64,000 nt of DNA from a virus. The stretch is from UHGV virus genome UHGV-0371278; one strand, written 5' to 3'. How positions within the stretch are numbered: position 1 is the first letter of the stretch; each line of letters begins with the position of its first letter. Positions 1 through 9,300 of the stretch are shown here, piece after piece. The translations under genes were made by a program, and so were the position numbers. Under the pieces are notes generated by a model, which was not told the origin of the DNA, ran no database searches, and saw nothing but the letters and a program-made list of their open reading frames with translations.

Positions 1-266
1 TTCGCATTATCGGCACGAACTATGAGCGCTGGGTGAAGTTCAACCCTCTGAGTTTTTCGGTCGAAGAAGACGTGCGGCTGGAGGCGCAGAAGGCCATTGG
101 CGGATTCGACTTCGGCTGGGCGATGACGTTCCACAAGTCGCAGGGTTCAGAATGGAAACGGGTCGCCATGTTAGAAGAAAACTTGCCGTCCATCCCTTAT
201 AGTCAGTTGATGTATACTGGGATAACTCGCGCAATCGAATACTTACTGTTCTTGCGTAAAAGCTAG
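1..266 (+). CDS. C-terminal fragment of Dda/RecD-like SF1 helicase (5' part lies outside window or wraps to window end)
   Basis: Frame open from nt 3 with no start; motif AMTFHKSQGSEW resembles helicase motif VI of Dda/RecD/Pif1 family; matching N-terminal half at 63354..64000. Confidence 0.6.
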   Translation, partial: RIIGTNYERWVKFNPLSFSVEEDVRLEAQKAIGGFDFGWAMTFHKSQGSEWKRVAMLEENLPSIPYSQLMYTGITRAIEYLLFLRKS

Positions 267-425
267 GAACTTCTCGAACATAAATAAGTTCCCTAGAGTT
301 TGGATTTTCCCGAAAGAAAATATTTAGGAAAGTTCAGGCTAAGGTATTCCCTTCTTCAATTAGTTTAGAGATAATCCCCTCACAGGCCAATAAGCCATCC
401 CTTTAAACATTCCCGGAGTAAGAAC

Positions 426-1271
426 ATGGAACAGAAGGACCAGAACGAACAGACCCAAGGCGAAGAGCTGACCAAGGAACAAGCCGCTGCCCTGCGCAAG
501 GCCGAGAAGGCCGCTGAGCGCCAACGTAAAGAGCGCGAGCGCGCCGAGAAGGCCGAAGCCAAGGCCAAGGAAGCCGAGCAGAAGGAAGCCGAGCGCGCCG
601 AGAAGGCGAAGGAAAAGGCCGCCGCCAAGGAAGCCGAGCGTGCTGAAAAGGCCAAGGCGAAGGAAGCCGAGCAGGCCGAGAAGGCGAAGGCGAAGGAAGC
701 CGAGCGCGAGCAGAAGAAGGCCGAGAAGGAAGCCGAGCGCGCCAAGAAGGCCGAAGAGAAGAAGGCCGCGCAGGAAGCCCAGAAGGCCGCCCGCGAAGAA
801 GAGCGCAAGCGCCTGGCCGAAGAGAAGCAGGCAGAGCGCGAGGCCGAGAAGAAGCGTCGCAAGGAAGAGCAGGAAGAGCGCCGCGCGAAGGCCGAAGCCC
901 GCCGCGAAGACCTGAAGTCCAATGGTTCGCGCCGTCCGCGTGCCACCCACTTCATCCCGACCGGCGACGGCCATGGAACCCCGCAGGCCTTCTCGACTCG
1001 CGGCAAGGTGTTTGCTTACATCAACGAGCACTGCACCGTTGGTGAGCCGGTCGAAATCGAATCCTTCGGCGAGAAGGTGGCCCACCTGCTGTACGGCACC
1101 TCGGTTCGCAGCTATCTGAGCAAGCTGGAAATCATGGGCTGGGTCGATCTGGTTGCCATCGCTTCGAAGGAAGACGAAGCTGGCCAGGGCGATGACGAGA
1201 AGGCCGATGAAGGCCAGGAGCACGACGGTGGTGATCAGGGCGCCGACGGTTCCGATGGTGAAGAAGAGTAA
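426..1271 (+). CDS. highly charged E/K/A-repeat (ER/K single alpha helix-like) protein with C-terminal globular domain and acidic tail
   Basis: RBS GGAG upstream of ATG 426; ~180 aa of AEKAKAKEAE-type repeats then FAYINEHCTVGEPVEIESFGEKVAHLLYG... domain and D/E/G tail; opposite-strand ORF is leucine-rich translation artefact. Confidence 0.6.
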   Translation: MEQKDQNEQTQGEELTKEQAAALRKAEKAAERQRKERERAEKAEAKAKEAEQKEAERAEKAKEKAAAKEAERAEKAKAKEAEQAEKAKAKEAEREQKKAEKEAERAKKAEEKKAAQEAQKAAREEERKRLAEEKQAEREAEKKRRKEEQEERRAKAEARREDLKSNGSRRPRATHFIPTGDGHGTPQAFSTRGKVFAYINEHCTVGEPVEIESFGEKVAHLLYGTSVRSYLSKLEIMGWVDLVAIASKEDEAGQGDDEKADEGQEHDGGDQGADGSDGEEE

Positions 1272-1309
1272 GCCGCCGCTCTTCTGAGACTGAATCGTCT
1301 AGCTCTTCA

Positions 1310-1338
1310 AGGGACTCATGAAAATGGGTCCCTTTTTT
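1310..1338 (+). terminator. rho-independent terminator
   Basis: stem AGGGACTC/GGGTCCCT with 8-nt loop followed by TTTTTT. Confidence 0.55.
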
Positions 1339-1375
1339 ATCCTCTCAAGTTTTGTACACTCAGAAGGAACACATC

Positions 1376-2377
1376 ATGATTCCTGATCAGAAAGTCATCA
1401 TCGTAGGTGCTGGACTCGCCGGACTGATCGCCGCGCATCGCTTTCCTCAAGCCCAAATCATCGACGCGGCGACGCGTGAGAACAAGGAACGTCACAACGC
1501 GCTCTTGCGATTCCGCTCACCAGTCATCGGCCAGCTCACCGGCATCCCATTCCGCGAAGTCACCGTACACAAGGCCATCTACATTGACGGCGAGTTCGTT
1601 TCTCAGCCGCGCATCGACTACTGCAACATGTACTCCAGGAAAGTAACGGGCGGCCTGTCGGATCGGTCCATCTGGAACATGGCGACCGAAAAGCGCTGGA
1701 TCGCGCCGGCCGACTACTATGAGCAGCTGGTCGCTAAGCTGGCGAATCGCATCAGCTGGGGAAGGCCTTTCGACGCCTCTTTCTTCCAGTTCCTTCGCCG
1801 GCAAGACGATCACGTCAATATCATCAGCACGGCACCATTCCGCGCAAATCTGGCTGCGGCAGGGCTGGACCTGGGGATCGACCCGTCATTCGGCGAAGGA
1901 ACCTCCATCGTCGTGAGTCGATACAAGCTTTCCATTCCTTGTGATGTCTTCCAGACGGTGTATTTCCCTGGTCCCGAAGTGGGAACGTTTCGAGCGTCCA
2001 TCACCGGCGACACCCTTATCGTCGAATCCGTTACTAAGGGCGTCGTGGAGACTGCAGATGGTGAAATCGAAACCATCGAATGGGACAGCAACTGGGACCT
2101 GGATGAAGTTTGCTCGGCCTTCGGCATCAGGAAGAAGAATCTCATTCCGGACGGCGAGCCGACCGTCCAGACCAAGGGTAAAATCATTCCGCTCGGTCGC
2201 GACGAGCGCGAATCCATGATCTGGAATCTCACCCATGAAGCCGGCATCTTCTCGCTCGGTCGGTTCGCGACCTGGCGAAACGTCCTTCTGGACGATCTGG
2301 TTTCGGACATGGACGTCATCGAGCGCCTGATGACTTCTTCGTCTTATCAGAAGGCCAAGAAGATGTTCGTGAAATAA
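1376..2377 (+). CDS. FAD/NAD(P)-binding Rossmann-fold oxidoreductase
   Basis: N-terminal VIIVGAGLAGLIAA dinucleotide-binding motif; RBS GGAAC before ATG 1376 (ORF track start 1352 is TTG). Confidence 0.6.
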   Translation: MIPDQKVIIVGAGLAGLIAAHRFPQAQIIDAATRENKERHNALLRFRSPVIGQLTGIPFREVTVHKAIYIDGEFVSQPRIDYCNMYSRKVTGGLSDRSIWNMATEKRWIAPADYYEQLVAKLANRISWGRPFDASFFQFLRRQDDHVNIISTAPFRANLAAAGLDLGIDPSFGEGTSIVVSRYKLSIPCDVFQTVYFPGPEVGTFRASITGDTLIVESVTKGVVETADGEIETIEWDSNWDLDEVCSAFGIRKKNLIPDGEPTVQTKGKIIPLGRDERESMIWNLTHEAGIFSLGRFATWRNVLLDDLVSDMDVIERLMTSSSYQKAKKMFVK

Positions 2378-2388
2378 TTTACACAAAG

Positions 2389-2420
2389 TGCTTTACTTCT
2401 GAGCCAGGTGAGAGTAGTAT
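2389..2420 (+). promoter_or_regulatory. sigma70-like early promoter (TGCTTTACTT -35 region, TAGTAT -10) followed by conserved leader CTCATCGAAACGCGAAAC
   Basis: member of a repeated promoter/leader family seen again at 12169, 44165, 46293, 50098, 50416, 52546, 54447. Confidence 0.45.
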
Positions 2421-2466
2421 TCCCTCATCGAAACGCGAAACCCTTCAACCAAAAGGAATCGACAAA

Positions 2467-2697
2467 ATGGCCCGCGAAGTAACCTTCTCCACCGACAAAA
2501 ACACCACCAAGACCTACGCCACCAAGATCAACCTCGAACGCGCCATCGCCAAGGCCGAATGGCTCGGTGAAAGTGCACGCTACTTCATCCACATGACCGA
2601 GGATGGACGCCTGACCCCTGTATTCCTTCTTAACAGCCTTCCTGAGGGAGCTGGCGCGGTATGGTGCGCCCAGCACGGCTGGAACGTGGTAGGTTAA
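2467..2697 (+). CDS. hypothetical protein
   Basis: RBS AAAAGGAA 8 nt upstream of ATG. Confidence 0.55.
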   Translation: MAREVTFSTDKNTTKTYATKINLERAIAKAEWLGESARYFIHMTEDGRLTPVFLLNSLPEGAGAVWCAQHGWNVVG

Positions 2698-2915
2698 TGG
2701 CAGTCGATCCTCGCGAGGCAGCGCTCAAGCGGGCGCTGCTGGCTTTCTTCAGGGACACGGATGCCCTTGGCGGCGGGAGTCTCACAATAACAGCCCGAAT
2801 CGTCGGGCCAGAAGGCGACAGGAAGTTTCGCGCCAGTTATTTTCTGAACGGCGAGAAGTTAAGCCTGTCCGATATAATCGCTAAAGTGGAGGCCGAAGAT
2901 GGGCCGGATCGTTAA
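2697..2915 (+). CDS. hypothetical protein
   Basis: ATG overlaps upstream stop (TAATG); track ORF 2661 start is upstream non-ATG. Confidence 0.45.
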   Translation: MAVDPREAALKRALLAFFRDTDALGGGSLTITARIVGPEGDRKFRASYFLNGEKLSLSDIIAKVEAEDGPDR

Positions 2916-3117
2916 CATCAAAGTTGTCATTTCTCGCACGACAGAGCGCGACTTCATGGGTTCGCCGTACATCCATGAGTCTTATCGAACTTTCACCTTC
3001 GGCGCCGACACAACGATGGTTGCGGCAATCGACTGGGTGAAAAGCCAGTGCCCGGAAATCGTGGACATGCTCATCTACGAACCGGAAACAGTGGCCGCTC
3101 AGCAGGAGCGCTATTAA
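2899..3117 (+). CDS. hypothetical protein
   Basis: GGAGG 6 nt upstream of ATG 2899. Confidence 0.5.
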   Translation: MGRIVNIKVVISRTTERDFMGSPYIHESYRTFTFGADTTMVAAIDWVKSQCPEIVDMLIYEPETVAAQQERY

Positions 3118-3383
3118 TGTACTCACCAGACCATCCTGAAGAGGTTCCCATGTCTTTCCTCGAAATGCAAATCGACCCGCCGCAAACGCGACAGACAGCG
3201 CCGTCTTTCGTGCTGGTAGGCATCCTGTACCTGATCGGCGATGGGCGCCTGGACGATAAGCCTTTCACTTCGTTCAACCTGTCGTTCGGCAGTCGCGAAG
3301 AGGCCGAGCGCGCCCGCGACAAGATTATTGAGCATTACCTGGACCGTCGCGATATTCGCGCCGAAATCATCCGCTGCTACTGA
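3117..3383 (+). CDS. hypothetical protein
   Basis: TAATG coupling to upstream gene. Confidence 0.45.
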   Translation: MYSPDHPEEVPMSFLEMQIDPPQTRQTAPSFVLVGILYLIGDGRLDDKPFTSFNLSFGSREEAERARDKIIEHYLDRRDIRAEIIRCY

Positions 3384-3390
3384 GGTCACC

Positions 3391-3597
3391 ATGTCGATTG
3401 AACTTGTGTACCGAACCTCTGATGGAACCGTCTTCTCATCCATTCAGGAGGCTGAAGAGTATGAGTCGCGTCTGGAGGCCTGCGAACTGCTCAAGGAAGA
3501 GATAGAGCAGTATGGCCTTCGTAAAGAGCAAGCCCAAGGCCTGGCCCTGGCTCTCACCGAAAAATTCCACTTCACACCAATTCCGGAAGATTTCTGA
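3391..3597 (+). CDS. hypothetical protein
   Basis: RBS GAGGT before ATG 3391; stop overlaps thyX start (TGATG). Confidence 0.5.
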   Translation: MSIELVYRTSDGTVFSSIQEAEEYESRLEACELLKEEIEQYGLRKEQAQGLALALTEKFHFTPIPEDF

Positions 3598-4514
3598 TGA
3601 AGATTTCTCTGATCAGTTACACCCAGAACGCCTGGGAATTGCTCTTGGGAACGAAGTCCACCCGCATGCGCGGCCAAGACCCGGCGACCATGACCGAGGC
3701 CGAAAAGCTCGACCACTGGAAGTACATGCTGGACACCATCCGCTCGCCGTTCGAGTTCGTGGACTTCATTTTCCAGATCGAGGGTGTCAGCAAGAACTTC
3801 ACCCATCAACTAGTTCGGACTCGTACCGGGGCTTACCAGCAGGAAACCAGTCGCGCTCTGGAAATCAGCGCCGTCGTTCAGCCGGAAGCATTCCGCTGGG
3901 AATTCGACGAACCGGCTACGGTAAATGGCGAGCCTGACCCGACCTACCATGTCCGCGAAGAGCTGAACCGTCTGTGGCATGACGCCATTGCCGACGCGCA
4001 AACCAGCTACCAGAAGCTTCTGGAGGCCGGCGCGTCGCTCCAGGACGCTCGTGCCATCATCCCTTCCAACATGGAAACGAAGATCGCGGCCAAGTTCAAT
4101 CTGCGGACTCTCAGCGACATGGCGAAGGTTCGCCTGTGCGTTCGGACCCAGGGTGAATATCAGGAAGCGTTCCGCGAAATGCGCCGGCTGGTTCTGGAAG
4201 TCTATCCGATGTTCGACAGCCTGCTTCAGCCGCACTGCGTCGCCACCGGCTCCTGCGCCTTCCCGCGCTATGGGTCGAAGGTGATGAATGAAGAGGAAAT
4301 CCAGCAGAAATCCTATGACCGGTTCATGTCCGCTCTGGAGACGAAGCCCGGCCAGATTCCTGTGGTTGATGTTACGTTGGAACCTATCTACCAGTGCAAG
4401 TTCTATCGCCCCTGGATGGATCGCTCGGCCGAGCAGGAAGAGCTGCGCCGCGATTTCTGGGGATCGGAAAAACAGGAGGCCAACCCTGTGGCCGTCAACG
4501 GGAAGTCCATGTAA
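3597..4514 (+). CDS. thyX: flavin-dependent thymidylate synthase ThyX (variant RTR in place of RHR motif, C-terminal extension)
   Basis: FQIEGVSKNFTHQLVRTRTGAYQQETSRAL matches the ThyX signature region (ISRAxxHQLVRHRxxSxSQxSxRY). Confidence 0.75.
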   Translation: MKISLISYTQNAWELLLGTKSTRMRGQDPATMTEAEKLDHWKYMLDTIRSPFEFVDFIFQIEGVSKNFTHQLVRTRTGAYQQETSRALEISAVVQPEAFRWEFDEPATVNGEPDPTYHVREELNRLWHDAIADAQTSYQKLLEAGASLQDARAIIPSNMETKIAAKFNLRTLSDMAKVRLCVRTQGEYQEAFREMRRLVLEVYPMFDSLLQPHCVATGSCAFPRYGSKVMNEEEIQQKSYDRFMSALETKPGQIPVVDVTLEPIYQCKFYRPWMDRSAEQEELRRDFWGSEKQEANPVAVNGKSM

Positions 4515-4515
4515 C

Positions 4516-4707
4516 ATGAAGATCATTGTCGAGAAAGTTGGCGACATCGCACAAGTCGAAGTGACCAACGGCAGCGAATCCATTCGCATCACGATGAACG
4601 TGCAATCGTTCGATTTGGTTCAGAACGGCGAAGTTTTCCGCCTCACTTCTGATGGGACGTTCATCGAGAAAACCGTCACCCAGAAAGCAACCACCAAGGA
4701 AATCTGA
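4516..4707 (+). CDS. hypothetical small protein
   Basis: ATG 2 nt after thyX stop; 63 aa. Confidence 0.45.
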   Translation: MKIIVEKVGDIAQVEVTNGSESIRITMNVQSFDLVQNGEVFRLTSDGTFIEKTVTQKATTKEI

Positions 4708-4709
4708 AT

Positions 4710-5750
4710 ATGGAACGCAAACCCAAGAATGGCATCATCATCTTCGACCTGGACGGCTGCGTATTCGACGATAGCCACCGAAAGAGCTTCGCCTTGGAAC
4801 GGCAATGGGACGAGTATCATTCTCGTCTCGACAAGGACGCTCTCAACCCGCACGCTGTAGGTCGCATCAGAAATGCCATCGACGCAGACCTCATGATCTT
4901 CTTCATCACCGGCCGAACCGACAACAACTATTTCCAGACCAGGGCGAAAATCCATCGCGACCTGGGTATCGCCGAACATCGCGAATATGAGCTCATCATG
5001 CGGGAGTATGGAAACACCCAGCCGGCGCCGGAGTTCAAGCGCTCAGTCGCGCTAGATATTCTGAAGAAGATCGACGGCCTGACAAAGATCGTCGCGGCAT
5101 TCGATGATCGCCAGGATATCATCGACGCCTACAAGGGCCTGGGCATCGACGCCTACATTCTGGACCTGGAAGGCTGTAACGCGCCGTTCTTCGCCGTCGC
5201 GGCCGATAGCGACCCCGATAGCGACCCCGGTAGCGCTCCCAACGACATGGCAGGCGAGACGATCGCCGCAGCCTCCTACTCCGCCCCTACTCTCGACGAG
5301 GCGCTTGCGCAGGCCCCGTCTCCGCTCTACGAAGCACCGGCCGAAGAGCAAGCCGAAGAGCCGACCGAAGACGCAGCAGCGCCGTTCGCCATGGAATCCG
5401 CCTGGCCTGGTGACGGTGATGCCGATCCCGATGATTTCGTGGAGGATGTTCTCAACAACCTGTCCTCAGCCGCAGAAATTTTCCGCGACCGCCAGAGCGC
5501 TTATGGTCGAAATGATCTGATGTATGGCAAGATCATGGAAATCCTCTTCCCGAATGGCATGGTGGCGAAGACCGCAGATGACCATCGGCTCGCCCTGTTC
5601 GTGATGCATACAGTTGGCAAACTCACTCGCCTGGCGAATAGTGGGTTTGAGGATGACGATTCGGTATTTGACTTGATCAACTATTCAGCGTTTGTCCACG
5701 CCACCATGCACTCCGGCCGCATCACGCCGAAAGACGGACAGAAGGCATAA
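4710..5750 (+). CDS. HAD-superfamily phosphatase fused via acidic/Pro-rich linker to an all-alpha C-terminal domain
   Basis: motif I IIFDLDGCVF, motif II ITGR, motif IV FDDRQD; linker DSDPDSDPGS...; C-terminal domain FRDRQSAYGRNDLMYGKIMEILFP. Confidence 0.6.
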   Translation: MERKPKNGIIIFDLDGCVFDDSHRKSFALERQWDEYHSRLDKDALNPHAVGRIRNAIDADLMIFFITGRTDNNYFQTRAKIHRDLGIAEHREYELIMREYGNTQPAPEFKRSVALDILKKIDGLTKIVAAFDDRQDIIDAYKGLGIDAYILDLEGCNAPFFAVAADSDPDSDPGSAPNDMAGETIAAASYSAPTLDEALAQAPSPLYEAPAEEQAEEPTEDAAAPFAMESAWPGDGDADPDDFVEDVLNNLSSAAEIFRDRQSAYGRNDLMYGKIMEILFPNGMVAKTADDHRLALFVMHTVGKLTRLANSGFEDDDSVFDLINYSAFVHATMHSGRITPKDGQKA

Positions 5751-5824
5751 CCCTGCGCCGTTGCGGTATACTCTTCAGGCCGGTCGCGAAAGCAGCCGGC
5801 CTTTCGACATAAGAGGGAACAGAC

Positions 5825-6379
5825 ATGAGATTCGCCGTATGGGATACTGAGACCACAGGACTCCCGTTCCACCAAAGGGTAAGTCTGAGAAAGCAACCGA
5901 GGATCATTGAATTCGCCGGAGTGATCACCGATGGCGAGACGATTTTGGATGAAGTAGAGTTCATCTGCAACCCTGGGATTGTGATCGAAGAAATCATTAC
6001 AAAGATCACAGGCCTGAAGAATGAAGACTTAATCAAACACCCATCGTTCCTCGATCAACGCCAGAAAGTTCGCGATTTCTTTTCGAAGGCCGACGCAAAT
6101 ATTGCCCACAACCTTCCATTCGATAAATTCATGCTTACCTGCGATTTGGCTCGCGGAAAGCTCGGCCTGGAAGAAGTCAACTTCCCATCGCTCGATATCT
6201 GTACTGTAGAAGAGTCGGCACCATTGTTCGGCCACCGCATGCGGCTGCAGCATCTGTATGAGCACTACTGCGGCCCTTATGTTCAGAAGCACCGGGCATT
6301 GGACGACGTGCGGCTGCTCCACGAAGTATGCAAGCGCATGGGAGTATATCGGGCGTATCAAGCAATGGAGGCCGCATAA
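5825..6379 (+). CDS. DnaQ-like 3'-5' proofreading exonuclease
   Basis: Exo I WDTETTGL, Exo II AHNLPFD, Exo III HRALDDV; RBS AGAGGGAA. Confidence 0.85.
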   Translation: MRFAVWDTETTGLPFHQRVSLRKQPRIIEFAGVITDGETILDEVEFICNPGIVIEEIITKITGLKNEDLIKHPSFLDQRQKVRDFFSKADANIAHNLPFDKFMLTCDLARGKLGLEEVNFPSLDICTVEESAPLFGHRMRLQHLYEHYCGPYVQKHRALDDVRLLHEVCKRMGVYRAYQAMEAA

Positions 6380-9300
6380 TGTCTTTCCCTCAACTCCGCG
6401 TTCGCTCCGGCTACTCATACGGCGCCGCATATGGCAGGTTTCCGGAAATCATCGAGCGCGCCAAAGAAATCGAATCACCTTTTGTTGCCATCGTCGATGA
6501 TGGGACCTGGGGTCACGTCCGCTGGGAGCAGGCAGCTACCAAAGCAGAATTGCCTCGCGGATTCGGCATGGAAATCCCGATCAAATGCGCCGATGATGGC
6601 GAAAAAGAGCTGAAGCTGAAGGCCTGGGCGCTAGCCAAAGATACCAGAAAATTCTATCGCCTTACTTCGAAGACTGTCCAGAATCAAGGCTTGTCGCCCA
6701 AAGAATTCCAGGATGCTGACGGCATCATCAAGTTTGCCGGCGAGGCCTATGCCCACTTGGACTTGGCCGGAATCGACTACATTGACATCAATCCTGCGTC
6801 GATGGTCGCCGCGCACGGCGCCATGGAGACGGCCAGGGCGTTCGGCAAGCCTGTGGTGATTACCTCCTACAACGACATGCCGTCCATCGGCCATGTAGAT
6901 TTTGCTTCGGCCTGGAAGGTTCGGGAATCGGTCGGACTTCGCCACATCGCGACTGAGGAAGAGTTGTGGACCCGTCTTCGCCATATCATGACCCGCGAAG
7001 AGTTCGACGAGGCCGTGGCCAATACGCATGCGGTGGTCGAGCAGCTGGTCGATGTAAAACTGGCAAAAGCGCCAATGATCCACCTAGATGGTGATATCGT
7101 CGCCCTGGCTCGCGAGGGCCAAGCCTACCGTCTCAGTCGCGGCCACATCAAGGAATGGACCCAAGCTTACGAAGATCGGTTCCAGGAAGAAATCAAGCAA
7201 ATTCAGCTGAAAGACTTCGACAGCTACTTCCTGGTGGTAGCCGATCTGGTTGCGTTCGCCAAGAAGCACATGCTGGTCGGCCCGGCTCGCGGCTCTTCGG
7301 CCGGCTCTTTGGTCTGCTACCTGCTGGGTATTACCGAGGTTGATCCGCTCCCGCATCGCCTTCTCTTCCAGCGCTTTATCGACATTTCCCGTTCCGATCT
7401 TCCCGATATAGATATCGACTTCGCCGATACCCATCGCTATCTAGTGTTCGAATATCTCCAGCAGAAATACGGCACTTGGAACGTGGTGAAGCTCGGTAAC
7501 ATCAATACGCTGAAGGCCGCGTCGGTTATCGCTCACGTCGGGAAGCGCTTCGGCATTCCATTCCATGATACCGACAACATCAAAAACTCGATCATCGAAT
7601 ATACTTCGGCGGACGAACGATATGGAAAAGGATTGGAGGACACGTTCGAAAAAACTCAACCCGGCCGCGACTTCCGCGAAAAGTATGAGATTGCGTCCGC
7701 CTGCATGGGCGACCTCGAAATTCACCCATCCCACTCTGGCGTCCACGCGGCAGGCATCCTGGTCTGCAACGATGAAGTAATCGATTTCTGTACGGTTACC
7801 TCTGAAGGCGTCGCGCAGCTCGACAAGCCTGATTCGGAATATTTGAATCTTCTCAAGATTGACGCGCTAGGCCTTCGAACTCTGGGCGTGATCCAAGATG
7901 CGAATTGTGTGACGGCGCAAGAGTTGTACGACTTGCCGCTGAACGACAAGGCGGTTTTGGATGTTCTGAACGAAGACAAGATGTCAGGCATCTTCCAGTT
8001 CGAAGGCCAGGCCGTCCGCTCAGTTGCCAATGCTATCAACATCACCGCGTTCGAAAACATCGACCACATTACGGCGCTCGCTCGTCCGGGTCCGTTGTCT
8101 TCGGGAATGGCCACTAAATACATCGAGCGCGTGGCCGGTCGCGAGCCTGTGACCTATACCATCCCGCAGGTCGAGCAGTATCTGTCTGGTACGTATGGCG
8201 TGTTCCTGTACCAAGAACAGATCATGTCAATTGTGAAGGATATTGGCCAGTTCGACTGGGAACAAACGTCGGCGATCCGGAAAGCGATGTCGGCGCGGAA
8301 GGGCGAAGAGTTCTTCAACAAGCGCCGAGAATTGTTCATCGAGGGCGCCAAGACCATAGGCGTCGCCCCGGAAGACGCTCACCGAGTTTGGCAGGAAATG
8401 GTGACATTCGGCGCCTGGGGATTCAACCGCTCCCACTCTGTAAGCTATGCCGTGGTGACGTACTGGACTTGCTACATGAAGCGGTATCATCGCCTGGAAT
8501 ACGCGGCCGCGTGTCTTCGGGCGGCGAAAGACGACCAGCAAACTGTGTCCATACTTCGCGAATTGGCCAAGGAAGGCGTAGAATATACGGCCCTGGACCC
8601 GGAGCATTCCGAACTTAACTGGGTAGTGGCGGATGGACGCTTGATCGGCGGCATCATGAACGCCAAAGGCTTCGGCCCGGCTAAGGCCGAGCGATTCTTG
8701 CGTCTTCGCGAGGAAGTCAAGGCCGCGAGGATCGCCCTGGCCAATTGCCCGATTTCGGCGCAGGATGTAGAGGATAAGGCCGATGACGTTGCCGCGCTGG
8801 AAGCCCAGATTCTTTCGGCGAAAGTAAGCAGAGACAAAGAACTGGAGAAGCTACTCAAAGCTGATCTCAAGGAGTTGAAAGCTGAACTGAAGGAGTTGAA
8901 GGCGCAATATAAAGAGCTGGCCGGCTCCCATCTTAAAACGCTTCAGGATTGGGAGAAAGTTGCCGCGAGTTTGTCAAATTCTGAGGTTCAATTCGCGGAT
9001 TTGAATGAATCTCATACGCTCTGGGGTCATGCCTATGACAATCCTGAGTTGGTTGGGGTGACTTCCGGAAATCCCATTCAGAACATTCGTGATATCCGCG
9101 ATGGCGACGATGGCCTAGTTATCGTCAAGCTGGTAAAGAAAGTTCTGTCGGATGAGAATGAACCGATCCGCCAGAAGAAGAGGGCTGACCAAGGAAAGAA
9201 TCCGGTGTACAAAGGCCAGTCGCAGTTCCTCGATTTGATGTGCGTGGATGACTCGGTTGACCAACCGATTCGTTTCAGGATTCGCCCTGAAAAATATCTT

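Noticed and set aside
268-305. Hairpin GGAACTT-13 nt-AAGTTCC after the helicase fragment as a terminator
   Set aside because: Long loop and no convincing U tract; it may be a regulatory structure instead, so it was not listed as a feature
360-1223. 287-aa minus-strand ORF (Leu/Gly/Phe-rich) and alternative + strand frames 640..915 and 922..1119
   Set aside because: Antisense or frame-shifted translations of the E/K/A repeat DNA; the + strand 426..1271 frame has an RBS and a folded C-terminal domain
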